Of a DNA stretch of 64,000 nucleotides, positions 23,891-39,365 are shown one piece after another (position 1 is the first letter of the stretch; every line of letters begins with the position of its first letter). This DNA is from Eledone cirrhosa (Eukaryota): contig OZ024741.1 in the NCBI GenBank assembly GCA_964016885.1, positions 136,028,001 to 136,092,000 on the forward strand, in the 5' to 3' direction. A model generated the notes under the pieces. The model saw nothing but the letters and a program-made list of their open reading frames with translations, was not told the origin of the DNA and did no database searches. The position numbers and the translations under genes are program-made.

Positions 23891-24110
23891 TGTGAAGGCA
23901 TGTAGTAAGGTGGTTAGGGTGTTTTGTTCATGATTGCAATGTCATGATTTCGATTCCCGGCGGCGAAGCATTGCATATTTGAGTAAAGCACTTTATTTCA
24001 CATTGCAATCATGATCCGTACAAAAAAGTCAAAAGTGTTTTAGCTGCATGTAATACAAAGAGCCAGTGCTGTAACGCATCGTGCCACACTGAAAAGTACT
24101 CAGCCACTTG
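23891..24110 (+). mobile_element. SINE family C
   Basis: TGTGAAGGCATGTAG...GGTTAGGG...TTCGATTCCCGG...TTGAGTAAAGCACTTTATTTCAC...CTCAGCCACTTGC. Confidence 0.7.
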
Positions 24111-24759
24111 CTCGCTATTTTCATTGAATATTCGTCGACAAATGTCCGCGCGCGCGCGTGTGTGTGTGTGTGTGTGTGTGCATGTGTGTATGTGTGTGCA
24201 TGTGTGTATGTGTGTGTGTGCGTGTGTGTACGTGTGCGTGCGTGTGTGTGTGTATCAGTGTTCCAACGACAAATAAATAGATACATCTCTGCTTCCAATT
24301 ATAATGCTAAGAAAGCAATTGGCAGACCCCTGAAACGTCACTAAACGCTAACATAACACATGACAGAGCGAATGTCATTCTCTTAATCTTGACATTATGT
24401 TATTAAATTATATTTTTGCTTCACTTCATATAAGAAACAATTATTAATGATTTGCTCTACGCCAGTCAAATCACCCTCCCACTTCATTCTTTATGCCTGT
24501 TGGTCAGTAACCAAATTGCTGATTTTCGATATTTTCCTAAGTTTACTGCCATTTCACTTTAACATCACATTCTAATCAATGTACATTTGTTTTGAAAATA
24601 TCTGATATCTTAATTCTTCGGCCTGAACTCCGGGAGTTTTCAATGTAAATAACACCACTAACGTCTTTCTCGTGATATTTTGATATTTACACCGTGTATC
24701 ACATCTATCAATTTCTCTAGCCCGGCCTCCTGTCATATACATATATATATATATATTAT

Positions 24760-25072
24760 TGAGTAAAATGACAGGAGGCCGGGCGAGAGAAATGTTTCAA
24801 AGATTTATTTCAGCAAACACTTTGTACATTTCAGTGGTCATGTTACGTAAGATCCTGGTGACATCATTAGGTGTATATTGCATAATAGTTACATAATAAA
24901 GGAATAATGGTAAACACAATGCATATAAGGAGATAAAGCAAATAAAAAAAAAGAGAAAAAATCTTTTGCCTCGAAGCCGATCAAGGGAGCCAGTTGTTGT
25001 CAGTTAGGTTGACCGCCTCCGATATACGGAATGACCAGTTCCATCCAGTGGTGAACCACCAATCTTAAATGG

Positions 25073-25075
<3 letters not shown>
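24760..25075 (-). mobile_element. PLE-like 3' end with decayed hammerhead (24817-24874)
   Basis: acac-CTAATGA-tgtcaccagg...-GAAA-tgtaca-AA-gtgt, with two core substitutions. Related to the 21.6-kb element. A 26-bp inverted copy of its end lies across the AT tract at 24711-24736. Confidence 0.55.
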
Positions 25076-25122
<47 letters not shown>

Positions 25123-25125
<3 letters not shown>

Positions 25126-25600
25126 CAAAAGTTTTATTTAAATTGTTGGGATACAACAAGCAAAGATTTTTATAACTGATATAAAGCACTCGACAAATAT
25201 TTGGAGTAGATATACGATATTAATAAATGGAAACTATATTTATGAAACCATATTTATTTCATTATATATATTTCAAGGATACCAAGTTACATTATGGTAT
25301 GCCTTCATCAGACAAAATACAATATATAACAGTTTTATAAATAGACATTGACGTACCCCTTTTAAAAATTGACCGTTGTTTTTGGAGGCTATGACTTACT
25401 AAAGTAAACAAATCACTATCCTGATGGCCTCCAAAAACAACGGTCAATTTTTAAAAGGGGTACGTCAATGTCTATTTATAAAACTTATATATGTTGTATT
25501 TTGTCTGATGAAGGCATACCATAATGTAACTTGGTATCCTTGAAATATATATAATGAAATAAATATGGTTTTATAAATATAGTTTCCATTTATTAATATC

Positions 25601-25603
<3 letters not shown>
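25123..25603. mobile_element. Head-to-head inverted pair of PLE-like 3' ends
   Basis: Arms 25211-25389 and 25427-25605 are near-perfect reverse complements with a 37-nt spacer. The left arm has a unique extension of about 90 nt to the (AT)n. Each arm has a hammerhead. Confidence 0.85.
25497..25561 (+). ncRNA. Minimal type I hammerhead (mirror copy 25255-25319, minus strand)
   Basis: tattttgt-CTGATGA-aggcatacc-ataatgtaactt-ggtatcctt-GAAA-tatata-TA-atgaaata. Stem I is 8 bp with two G-U pairs. Confidence 0.8.
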
Positions 25604-25687
<84 letters not shown>

Positions 25688-25689
25688 TT

Positions 25690-26230
<541 letters not shown>

Positions 26231-26264
26231 ATATTTATCTATCTATCTATAAGAAACATATCTA

Positions 26265-26327
<63 letters not shown>

Positions 26328-26332
26328 ATATG

Positions 26333-26453
<121 letters not shown>

Positions 26454-26489
26454 GATATATATATATGTATATATATGTATATATATATA

Positions 26490-26821
26490 TTTAATGTATT
26501 TAATGTAGAATAGGTTTCTACAGGACAGAACTTTTTCATTCGAAGGAAATCATCAGGAAAGCCGACTGACAATATGTTATGGTGGGTTTTATACATTTTC
26601 TGGTGGTAGGGGAAGGTGGTGATTGGGATGGGTGGAAGTCATTGGCCGATGGAATTAAAGAATGTATAAATGCCACCATAACACATTGACAGTCGGCTTT
26701 CCTGATGATTTCCTTCGAATGAAAATTTCTAGTGCTGTAGAAGCCATTTCTATATTAAATATTTATACACTGCTATGTATTGAGTACCTTACTTACTGTG
26801 GTTACCCCCGAATGAACCCGG

Positions 26822-26824
<3 letters not shown>
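26490..26824. mobile_element. Older head-to-head inverted pair with hammerhead-like core
   Basis: Arms at about 26490-26597 and 26660-26765, diverged. CTGATGA-tttccttcgaat-GAAA at 26702-26724 (+) and 26534-26556 (-). Stems I and III are imperfect. Confidence 0.7.
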
Positions 26825-26865
<41 letters not shown>

Positions 26866-26963
26866 AAGAGATAGAAAGAGAGAAGAATCTAAAAGCCCGA
26901 TTGATTCTTCCCATGCATAGAGTACTCTCTTGATGTATGATTTCCCCCATCTCAGCAACGCAG

Positions 26964-27083
<120 letters not shown>

Positions 27084-27259
27084 TGTGTGTACATATATAC
27101 ACTTCCAGGAAATTAATAGGATATACAATATAAAATATCAAAACATCAACCATCAACAACAACATTTTAGGGTAGTATTTACATTGAAAACTTCTGCACA
27201 CACATACACACACACACACAAGCACACGTACACACATACACATTCACACACACACACAT

Positions 27260-27311
<52 letters not shown>

Positions 27312-28078
27312 GTGTGTGTTTGTGCGTGTGTTTTTCCATGTGATTGTACTATTTTCTTTTAAATTTGAGGAATTCTCACGTCAGTAGAAGCTTTGAATGA
27401 CATCTGACATCTAGTGTTTCCTTTTCACTATTATTTGAAGGAATTTTAATGTGCGTGCAATAAGAGAACCTGGTTACCTGTTTATAATAATATTGAAAAA
27501 ATAATCCTTCAATATACCCTGACTAACAAGTTCATATTAGGAGAGAATATATCAATAATTTTTAAGAAAACCATGTTGGCATTCATTTGTGAATAATTTC
27601 GTCGCTGGTTTCACCATTAGAATGGAACAATCACTCTCTCACAGCATATGTTATGATGAACCTGATAAGAGATGAAGCATGCAACTCAGTCACAACAAAT
27701 AACACAAGTTATTCTATAGGGAAGACTCCAATTCGGAGCCGGTCATCTATCTAATAATGACCGTTCAGACCAGATTTTCTTATAACCCAAGTCACTATCC
27801 TTGGATTGCAATACCAGGTTTCCTCAATTCCAGCACCATTTTAATTATAATCATGTAAATTGGTTCACTATTAAATACTTTTGCAATGACGATTATTAAA
27901 TAATTTATTAAAACAAAGCACTTTTTTTGCGAAATGTTAAGTCGTGATCAGCCTTATTGTTGGGTATATTGGTATCTCCCTTCATCTGAATACACACATA
28001 TTTTTCTCTAAATATTTCTGCTGTTCCTTCTTCTCCCCACTCTCTATCTTTCAATTTCATCCTTATTTCTCATTCTAT

Positions 28079-28112
28079 CTTCTGGTGAAGGACTAGTGTC
28101 CGAAACGTAAAG
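28079..28112 (+). ncRNA. Hammerhead remnant with A6G core change
   Basis: ctt-CTGGTGA-a-ggac-tagt-gtcc-GAAA-cg-TA-aag. Confidence 0.5.
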
Positions 28113-29568
28113 CCGCTATTCCTAATATATTTCTTCATTGTTTTGTTTGTTTGCTTTGTTATTTCTGTTTACGTTTCGCCTACATATAGTTGGGTATATT
28201 GATATATCATTCAATATATACAGTGTACACTATAGTTAAGTATATTGATCTTTCATTTGATGTGTACACAATTCGCAATACTTGTTTCCGATTTGGATTC
28301 CTCTCATGCCTAACATACCTTCCATATTACTCGTTTGGTTAAATTTCATCTTTGGGGTTTCACAATTTCTCCCTATGAGAATTATTAGTTTAGTCACAGT
28401 ATTATAACTCCGTTCCCTCAAAAAGTCGTGAAAGACCTACAGAAATGTCAGGATGGCGGTTCTTGACCCATAAAGACATGAAAGAAAAATGGAAATTGAA
28501 GTAAGGTGAAGTTTTATGGATTTTGTAATTGTTGAGGTGACTGGGCACACGTGTGATCGATTTCAACTTTGACAATACTATCCGCTTTGTTAAAGCATTT
28601 ATTTCACAGGATCGCTAGAGCGTCGAGACATTGCCGTATTGTTCCAGTTGTCTGCCACCTGATTTCAAATGGTGCTATTGTCAGTTATATATTTTGATCT
28701 GTCGGGGGTCGATAAATAATGTACATTTGCGTACTGAGATTGATTCTTTTCTCTCTTTCTCAATCTCTCTCTGTTGCGTTGAGTTCTAAGAAGTATCAAT
28801 GGTAACCACTCGCAGCGCCATCTTCTCCAGAAAGTGGAAATGATTGAGCAAGTTGTTACCAAACCTTTTTTTGATTATGTAGAGGTATCTGGTGTAAAGG
28901 CCTGTAGACTAATGTTTAGGGCGTCAGTCATGCGATCATAAGGCAGTGAGTTCGATCCCTGGACATGACAGTGCATTATATTTTTGAGGAGAACGCTTCA
29001 TTTTACTCTGCCATTTCATAATTGAACTCTGAATAAAACACCAGAAAAACCTAGGAAAGACTAAGTGAAAGATGCATATATTTGAGTCGTACCAATGCAG
29101 AGGCATTCTACAATCTAAAGATTCTAAGAAACTGAAGGCTTTGAATTCGATTCCCATCAAGTTCGCAGTAGTTAACACGTTCTTGAGGATTGAAGATTTT
29201 GAGTAGCTATTCATATTTATTACCGCTTTACATCATGGCATTCAATTTACAATCGCAGTGTGTCACTAGATATATTTCATTGTTCTACAAGAAATGTTGT
29301 AATACAGGGAAATAGATTAGACTCTTCAATTACTACTAGTAAAATCATCTACGCTATTAAGTAGGCTACATATTGTCTTTAACGTAAGTTTAACAGGAAT
29401 AGGATTGTTCAAACGTTAATAGCTATTCACGTGTATCAATTTATTCATCTACAGAATATGGGTAGTAACAGAAAATAGGTGTTGCTTTGGTAGGGATCAT
29501 TTGGCTAAGATCAAAGCCTAATGTATACACTCGCACATTCCCACAAACACACACACATATACACGTAC

Positions 29569-29609
<41 letters not shown>

Positions 29610-30680
29610 TAAATACACACCCACACATATATATATATATATATAAATATATATACGTGTGTGTGTGTGCGTGTGTGTGCGTATGTGTGTGTGTATCACA
29701 ATTTGATCGTAGCAAAAATATTCCTAGTAACGCAGTAAGACACTATTTTCTGGTACTACTTACAAATAATTCTCTCTAGCTATCTAAGAAGTGTCATCCG
29801 CATTGGATATACTATACACTATTTCACATATATTAGGGATGTTTTGTAATGTTCCTTCTTTATGTTTTCTTAACATTGCTTCATCTTGTTAACAATGAAG
29901 ACTTTTCTTCTCAAATCTTATCACTACATATAATAGAGTGAGACCTCGAGCACCTCATCAAAATACCATCGAATCATTAGAGCCATTCAGAAGGACGGGC
30001 TGGGTTTTTCCATTGTTTCTATCCCCCTTCTATGAAATTCAATCCGTATCGCTGCTCATTCGTTTAGTAGGTGCCGAAGGATCAGAGATATTAGAAAGTT
30101 TTCCGTATTCGTTCCGTCTCTCTACGTTCAAATGCTACCCAGGTAATATTTGCCTTAGATCAATTCATGGTTGATAAATATAGTACTAGTCAAGTACTGG
30201 GTTCGATTGCGAATTCAAATCTCGCTGTGGCCCTCTTGGCTTTTTTATACGACTACTTGGCATTTGTCTGTCTTTATCAAAGTGTACTCTGTTGCAATCA
30301 TTAGCATCATAACTCCATTTTCAGAACAACTTCATTCCTTTCTTGCAGTAGCAGTCTTCGAAGCTACAAGAAGTGTAATAGGTACAGCATCTCCCTCCAT
30401 GAATCAACAGCAAAAATATTTCATAGGCCTAGGAAAGGTCAGGGGTGCTGGCTGAATTTTATCATCAAACATAGCTATAACAAGAAAGGAAACAAGAAAA
30501 TACTTCAAAACGATGAAATCTATTAAAACATGTTTTCAATTTAAAATTCAGCCTAACAACATAGACAATACATTGAAATATAATATATAATGGTGCTAAA
30601 TTCATAGACATATAAAATGATATTCATTAAGAATGGGAACCATGTTTCAGAGAAAGACATAAAAAGATGAAGATAAAGGT

Positions 30681-30715
<35 letters not shown>

Positions 30716-30905
30716 ACACACACACACATATATATATATATACATACCCACATATATATATAGATACATATGCACACACACACATATATAAATATATATA
30801 TCTATATTTATATGTGTATGAGTGCATATATATATGTGTGTATATATATATACACACTATTTTAATAAATATATATGTATATATATATATATAAACATAT
30901 ATACG

Positions 30906-30954
<49 letters not shown>

Positions 30955-31602
30955 TATATATAATAGAGAAAAATTGAGAGGGGGATTGCGAGATTAGATA
31001 AACAGAGATATACTTTGACTATTCACATTTTTGAATAGTTATATATGTTTGGTAAAGCAGAAGGTTGAAAGGCGAATATATGTTTCCTGTCTGTAACAAC
31101 CACACAAAATTTATCCAGGCGTAACTCGGCAGTTCTTTCTAATGACCGGTGGTACAATAATGCCATTGTATAGCAAAGTGTAATTGTTTTCCACCTATAT
31201 TTATTGATCAATGGTTTCATTGAAACACTGAAAAACTTTACTAACGAACACATTTAGCCATAAATACACACACAAACACAGTCACACACACACACATATA
31301 TGAATATATATGTGTGTACGAAAGTATATATGTACACACAAACATATATATATATGTATATATACATATATATATATGTATATATACATATATATACACA
31401 CACACACATATATATATATATATACATATATATATATGTATATATATATATATGTATATATATATACATATATATATATATATGTATATATATATATGTA
31501 TATAGATATATATATATATATACATATATATACACACACACACATACACATATATATACATATATATACTTATATACATATTTATACATATATATATATA
31601 TT

Positions 31603-31657
<55 letters not shown>

Positions 31658-31670
31658 ATATTTATATATA

Positions 31671-31739
<69 letters not shown>

Positions 31740-31837
31740 TTATATATATATAAATATATTTATATATATATATATATAAATATATATATATTCATACATA
31801 TATATATATATACATACATACATAAATATATATCTAT

Positions 31838-32012
31838 AGGAAAAAGTTTAACCCCGACGGCAGAACTCAACCAGTTTCGACGGCTATTTCTGGACTGAGG
31901 CAAGAAATAGCCGGCGGGGTTACTCTTTTTCCTATTACCAACTCTACTACCCTAAGTATTGAGTACTCTGGTGCGTTAGGGTGCATCTGGTTTATTACCA
32001 CACGTCCTTCGT
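31838..32012. mobile_element. Multi-copy (AT)n-embedded family D, fold-back copy
   Basis: Shares AGTATTGAGTACTCTGGTGCGTTA and/or GACGGCTATTTCTGGAC with 32283-32343, 33501-33694, 40526-40641 and 51956-52014, and more distantly with 6085-6160. Confidence 0.8.
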
Positions 32013-32205
32013 TATATATATATATATATATATAATACAATAACAGAGATAGTTTAAAGCTAAACTCTGACTGGTAACCATCTCACTCAACAAACATTAG
32101 GTTATATTAAAATATAAACCCAATTTAAGTGTTTGGGGTGCTAACAATATGTATAATGTGGAAAAACCAGTTGTATTATTTTCTGAGATATAATTAAAGT
32201 TAAAG

Positions 32206-32255
<50 letters not shown>

Positions 32256-32384
32256 ATACTTGGGGAGGGTCATATATATATATAACGAAGGAAGTGTGGT
32301 AATGAACCAGATACACCATAACGCACCAGAGTACTCAATACTTATATATATATATATGTATGTATAAATATATATATATATGTA

Positions 32385-32740
32385 GACATGTAGATAAATC
32401 TACCAAAATATTCGGTAGTGTCCAATCCGCACGAAGAACTCAATTTAATCTAAATATCATTAAAAGAGAAGATGCATTCAAAAAGTTTCGATAAAAATTA
32501 TAGGAAAACAGAGTCAAGATAAATTAATAAAAACAATGAAATAAAAACAAAGAACAAGTTCCTTATATTAAAAAATTCATCATTTTACGATCGTTTCTTG
32601 GATGTATATGTGTGTTGGTATGTATATCATATAGATCTATGTAAAACTATTACAAATTATCAGAGGAAATATACATACCTTCACATATACATGCCGTCCT
32701 CAGAAATGATCATTTTATTTCATTGTTTTTATTAATTTAT
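32385..32740 (-). mobile_element. PLE-like 3' end with 28-bp inverted segment at its 5' truncation
   Basis: 32713-32740 is the reverse complement of 32519-32546 and merges into AT-rich repeat. The hammerhead starts 2 nt from the junction. Confidence 0.7.
32579..32710 (-). ncRNA. Type I hammerhead with ~99-nt stem II
   Basis: atcattt-CTGAGGA-cggcatgtatatgtg..ggtatgtatat...atatacatacc..cacatatacatccaa-GAAA-cgatcg-TA-aaatgat. Stem I is a perfect 7 bp. Confidence 0.8.
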
Positions 32741-32868
32741 ATATGTATATATATACAATATACATTATATTTATATTATATATACATATATTGTATTTAT
32801 ATAATATATATATTATATTTATATTATATATTTATATTATATATTTATATATATGTATATATATATAA

Positions 32869-33317
32869 GTGGATGGAAATCGAGGAGTGGGGAGACCCAA
32901 TAAGACCTGGGATGAGGTGATAAAAGCCGACCTTACCCAATTGCACCTCTTGGGCGATGACGCAGTAATACAGAAGACCATACTTTCCACGGGTACAAGC
33001 CAAAGCTGAAGCATATAGACTATATGCCCCCCCCCCACTGTGAAGTGGTCGGGGACGTGCTACGGCAAAAAAGCACCCAGCCTACACTGTAAAGTGGACG
33101 TGTAGGCGCCACAGAAAAAAAGGTCCCAGCACTCACTGTAAATGAGGTTGGTGTTAGGCAGGGCATCCAGCTGTAGAAATCAAGCCAGAATCAGTTCCTG
33201 TATGAGCAAGAAAAGGTCAGCCGACTGCACACTGCCTACAACAGGACAACCCGTCTAACCCATGCTAGCGTGAACGAACGGAGGTAAAACGGTGATGACG
33301 TTGATGATGATGATGAT
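32869..33317 (+). mobile_element. RTE-clade LINE 3' fragment
   Basis: VDGNRGVGRPNKTWDEVIKADL (GRPxxxW motif), then 3' UTR GGTGTTAGGCAGGGCATCCAGCTGTAGAAA...AACCCATGCTAGC and a (GAT)n tail. Confidence 0.8.
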
Positions 33318-33500
33318 ATATATATATATATTTGTGTGTGTACATATATAGATTCATACACACAAATCACTATTTTGCCTTTCATCCTTACGGGGTCGAT
33401 AAAATAAAGTACCAGTAATACACTGGGTAATTGGTGGCCTTGTGCCAAAAGTAGAAACAATTATGATGATAATAATATATATATATATATATATGTATAT

Positions 33501-33694
33501 ATAACAAAGAATTGTGGTAAGGAACCAGATGGACCATAACGCACCAGAGTACTCAATACTTAGGGTAGTAGAGTGGGAAATAGGAAAAAGTATGACCCTG
33601 ACGGCAGAGTTCAAGCCGTTTCGACGGCTTATTTTGTCCAGAAATAGCCGTCGAAACGGCTTGAGCTCTGCCGTCGGGGTCATACTTTTTCCTA
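33501..33694. mobile_element. Family D fold-back copy
   Basis: 33580-33629 is inverted at 33646-33694 with a ~16-nt loop. The left side continues about 80 nt to the (AT)n. Confidence 0.85.
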
Positions 33695-33740
33695 TATGTA
33701 TATATATATATATGTGTGTATATATATATATATTTATATA

Positions 33741-33783
<43 letters not shown>

Positions 33784-33788
33784 GTATG

Positions 33789-33821
<33 letters not shown>

Positions 33822-34450
33822 GTATGTATATATATATATATTTATATATGTATGTATATATATATATATATATAACACAGTCGTTAAATTTAAACATGAA
33901 GGAATAGACAGATACTTTTTGTCGATCGAGGAGAAGAAAACCTTGCCAGGCATAATGGATAAATATTTCTGAAAGAGCAGAACAATTTAGTGTCTGATTT
34001 CAAAGGAAATTATAAATTATTTCGAATTGACGTAAGAATAAAATAATTCCAATTAATGAAAGTCTGCTATGTTTTATTTTTTTTTATGACAGAATATTAT
34101 AATATAATTACAGATAGTGTTATATAAATATATTAGAATTTCTATATATTGCGGAATGAAATATTTCATGTAAATTCAAAGAAGTTTATCTGAAACTATT
34201 TGCAAGATAGAAAATTCTCTTAAAATCTTTTAACAGTGGCTAGAGCTAAAAAAAATATATGTTTCTTTAAGGTTTTTTACTTTGAGACCTGTGTTGTTTT
34301 AATGGTAGTTACATAAACTTTTTACTTTCATAGATATAACGTTGAAATTGATTCTTTATAAAGGAAAGAAAATGTATTCTAATGTTGAAGATTCTCGTAT
34401 TACATGTGTTGTCATCAAATAAAGAGAAAACATATCATCATTATAGTGAT

Positions 34451-34645
34451 GCGGTGGATTGGCAGTATCGGTAGAGGGTCGGACGACATGCTTTGACGTA
34501 TAGAGTTACGGCCCTTGCCATTCTGAGTTCAAATCCCGCCGAGGTTAACTTTGCCTTTCATCCTTACGGGGTCGATAATATAAAGTACCAGTAATACACT
34601 GAGGTAATTGGTGGCCTTGTGCCAAACGTAGAAACAATTATTATG
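34451..34645 (+). mobile_element. SINE family B
   Basis: GCGGTGGATTGGCAG...GAGTTCAAATCCCGCCGAGG...GCCTTTCATCCTTACGGGGTCGATAA. Its 3' half is nearly identical to 33375-33465. Confidence 0.85.
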
Positions 34646-34929
34646 ATGCAAACACTTTTACACTTATACATACTTATTTAGTGAGAAGTGTGCTAGCAGC
34701 CGACGTCTAGGATAAAGTTATATCTGTATGAATACAGAGTGTGTAACCGAGACTGTACCAACGTGTATTTTCTGGCATGTTTACATAGCTACATATTAGA
34801 TATGTGTATATATTTATACACGTTGGTGTAGTCTCGGTTACACACTCTGTATTTATTGAGATATAACGTTAACATGCTTCTTTAAACATAGTTGAGTGGC
34901 AAACAACTATTATATTGTGTATATATATA

Positions 34930-34965
<36 letters not shown>

Positions 34966-35038
34966 TATGTACATATATATATATATATTTATATATGTGT
35001 GTACATATATATATATATATATGTACACACACACACAC

Positions 35039-35091
<53 letters not shown>

Positions 35092-35128
35092 TATAGATAT
35101 ATATGTACATATATATATATATATGTAC

Positions 35129-35212
<84 letters not shown>

Positions 35213-35265
35213 GTGTGTATAAGAGAGAGAGAGAGGGACAGAGAGAGAGAGAGTGGAACAGCTAA

Positions 35266-35586
35266 TGTACTATGACTAACTGCGACACAACTATGTGCCA
35301 GCGGACACATGTGTTATACCGGATTGAATGCAACAAATCTAAGGAGTTCTACATTGGTAGCATCACTCGATCACTCCAAGCCCGCATTAAAGAACAACTC
35401 AACACAAACGCATCCGCGTTAACATAATACATTGAGACATGCAGAGACACCAACAAGAATATTACAGTCAATATTGAACCTAGAGAGAGTGAAATGTGGG
35501 CACGATTAAAGGAAGCTTTGTTTATAGGTAGACTCAACCCACAAATCAATAACAGAATGGAAATCAGCACACAATATTTGACATAA
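35266..35586 (+). pseudogene. PLE GIY-YIG endonuclease remnant (absent from the ORF track)
   Basis: [45 protein letters not shown]...*...RLKEALFIGRLNPQINNRME, with a stop at 35425. A decayed hammerhead CTGAGGA-a-agga...tcct-GCAA lies at 35769-35796. Confidence 0.85.
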
Positions 35587-38315
35587 AAGGACTTTTCCAC
35601 ACGCACGCATACGCATTATAAACATTTACATAAGAAATTTGTTTCCATAAGATATTACAAACGGCATTTGGCGTCATCCTCCAGTTTCTCGTGAATACTA
35701 CAGCAAACGTCAAACAACGCTTGAAGGCAGTTTAGAAATTTTTAATTTCTCTGGGAGTTCCCTATGCTCTGAGGAAAGGAATTTTAAGTCCTGCAATACT
35801 AGGAAGAAAGAAACAAACAAAAAAAAAAACAAAGATTACCGGGTAACTAACTTTCTTGCCGTCCATATTGTATTGTTTTAGCCTTCGTACATATATCACT
35901 TTCCACATTATATATTATATATATAATGCTTCAAGCAAACTACAGCATGTTTTATATATACATCAGGCTTCGCAGCATAGAGTTACGACACTTTACATTC
36001 TGAGTTCAATTTCCTCCGAAGGCTTTGCCTTTCACCCTTAAGGGGTTGATAAAATAAAGCACCAGTAATCCACTGGGGTCAATTTAATCGATTTTCCCCT
36101 TTCTTTGAATTGCTGGCGTTGTGCCTAAAGTAGAAACAATTATATATATACATAGGGCTCGCGTGGTGTGCTGGTGTTCTATGTTTGTTTTCTTCTTTTT
36201 TTTCCCATCATGTACCGTGTTGATCAGTTATACACGGAAATACTAACAAGAAAGACATTGCTACACATGGCACTTTATGATATAAATATCACCAAGAGGG
36301 CTAATGTGAGGTATCTTATTAAACATGTGCAGCTTGTACTTGCAAACATTCTATATTATTATATAGAAACGCTTCCATATTCAAATGAACGTAATCTTAG
36401 AGTGAGACAAACGTCGACTCAACTCATTTTTCAACTATGCAGAGACTATATATATATGGACCCGTGACTCCTGATGGAATCGTAGTGTTATTAGAAGAGG
36501 AGAAAGAAAGCGATAGAGGAAGTGAGAATGGAAAGAACTAGAGATGAAGAAACGACACCATTACAAGACTGATACTTTTCAATTGACCCCGGAAGTATGA
36601 AAGGCAGTGTTGAACCGATGGGTTTTGAATTTATAGTAAATAGAGCCGGAATAAATACATCACAGCATTCTATCTGATCTTCTACCGAGTAGGCTAATTC
36701 CTTGCTTTCCTATAAACACTATATATACACACTATATATATGATGTTATCAAAAAGGGAGACAATATACCCTGTCTTCTCCAACTAAGCAGATTGCAAAA
36801 CATGACATAAAGTCTCTTGCTCTTGGAAACAACGCGCGAATCTATCTGGGAATCGAATTCTTGACCGTCACATCTACATATTATAATCAAATCGTCTAGT
36901 CCAGAAATCGAGCCCGCGAATTTCCGATCATAAGAACAACACACTACCCCCTAGATCACGTACCTTCACATCCATAAAATATATTTAAAGCTAAAACATG
37001 TTATAAAACATCAGAATTGTTCATTTTCGTCACAAACGCACTTTATTCTGATGACTTCTTTTTCTGTACCTCCTGAGAATGTCGAAGGGGCGCCTTATTG
37101 ACATACGGTTTTTTGGGGGAAGATTTAAACCTGGCGGAGACCATCTTTTCACCGGATCTGAATACTGCAGATTTCTTCCAGAGAACGATAGACAGGGTGA
37201 GTGAATAAAAATGTGAAAAGAGACAGAGAGGAAATAGACACCCAGTACTTGAGAGCTGAAATGAGAGCTGAAATTAATACCGCAAAGCATTGTGCCCAAC
37301 GTTCTAACGACTCTTCGAAATCGCCGCCTTACTGTCTACTATAAATTGTCTAAAATGTCATACCTCGATGACATGGTATTATTTTAGGTTCGTTAGTTGA
37401 ATGGACCGAAAATAAAATGATTATATTCTCTAAGGCATCGAAATACTCCTCTATGTTTCCAAATTAAGAATTACGTCATGACTTGTGTGAACTAGATAAT
37501 GTAATTTTTTTATGACGTTTTATGGGGTAGCAAATATATATCATGTTTTTATGTATTTTACTTAATCCTAATTTCCGTTTACAGCAAAGTAGGAAAGGTC
37601 ATGAATATATGTCCTCCATTTATCCCTGTTTATTGTCCTATTCTGATGATAGGGGAAATGTAAATTACGACGTTTCTACCATTCACTTAAACATTAAGTG
37701 AATAAATGAATTGGAATTATTTCGACTACGAACCGAAAGCATGAAGCACATAAATAAATAAGTGCTCTAGAAGCACTCCCGTCTCGCTCTATAGCAATAT
37801 TAGAATAATATCCAGGTAACTAAGGTAATGTATATTTTACGGGCTTCACATCACTGCTTCCTTAGATTTAACGTACCAGTATAATCCAAATGGTTTTTTT
37901 TTTTGTACATTCTTAATATAAGTTTTTAGTGCAAAGCGTATGTCGGTGAAACATGTATTAGCACACTCAAATATCTTTTTAAAAATATGCTCTTAGCTCC
38001 ATGATCATGAAATAATGTAATAAAAACGAGTGAAAGCATAAAAATAATTTCAATTTAGAATGGTCCATGATCAACGGCTAACATATAACGTCACATCATC
38101 TACCCGAATGCCAAGTAAAGGAAGCAATTATCCTACCCGTTAAAGGCATATAGTTGCACATAAGCCACTAATAATATTAGAAATGCTATACATGCTTTTT
38201 CATTTCCACGGCCGGGAGCCCTAAAGCATTTCTGCCTAGCTTAGAAGAAACAAATGCGAAATATATTAGTTTATCGTACCCGAATCATAAGTCACTTTTA
38301 TTCATATTTTATTTT

Positions 38316-39294
<979 letters not shown>

Positions 39295-39365
39295 TAATTT
39301 ACCCTTGTGTTCTATCTTAGCATGTTGGTAGAGTACAGATGATTCTTTATTATCTTGAAGGTCTC

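Noticed and set aside
37641-37665. CTGATGA...GAAA matches here and at 42514 (a lone CTGATGA also at 58707)
   Set aside because: No stem II can form. These are chance matches in AT-rich DNA and were not counted as hammerheads.
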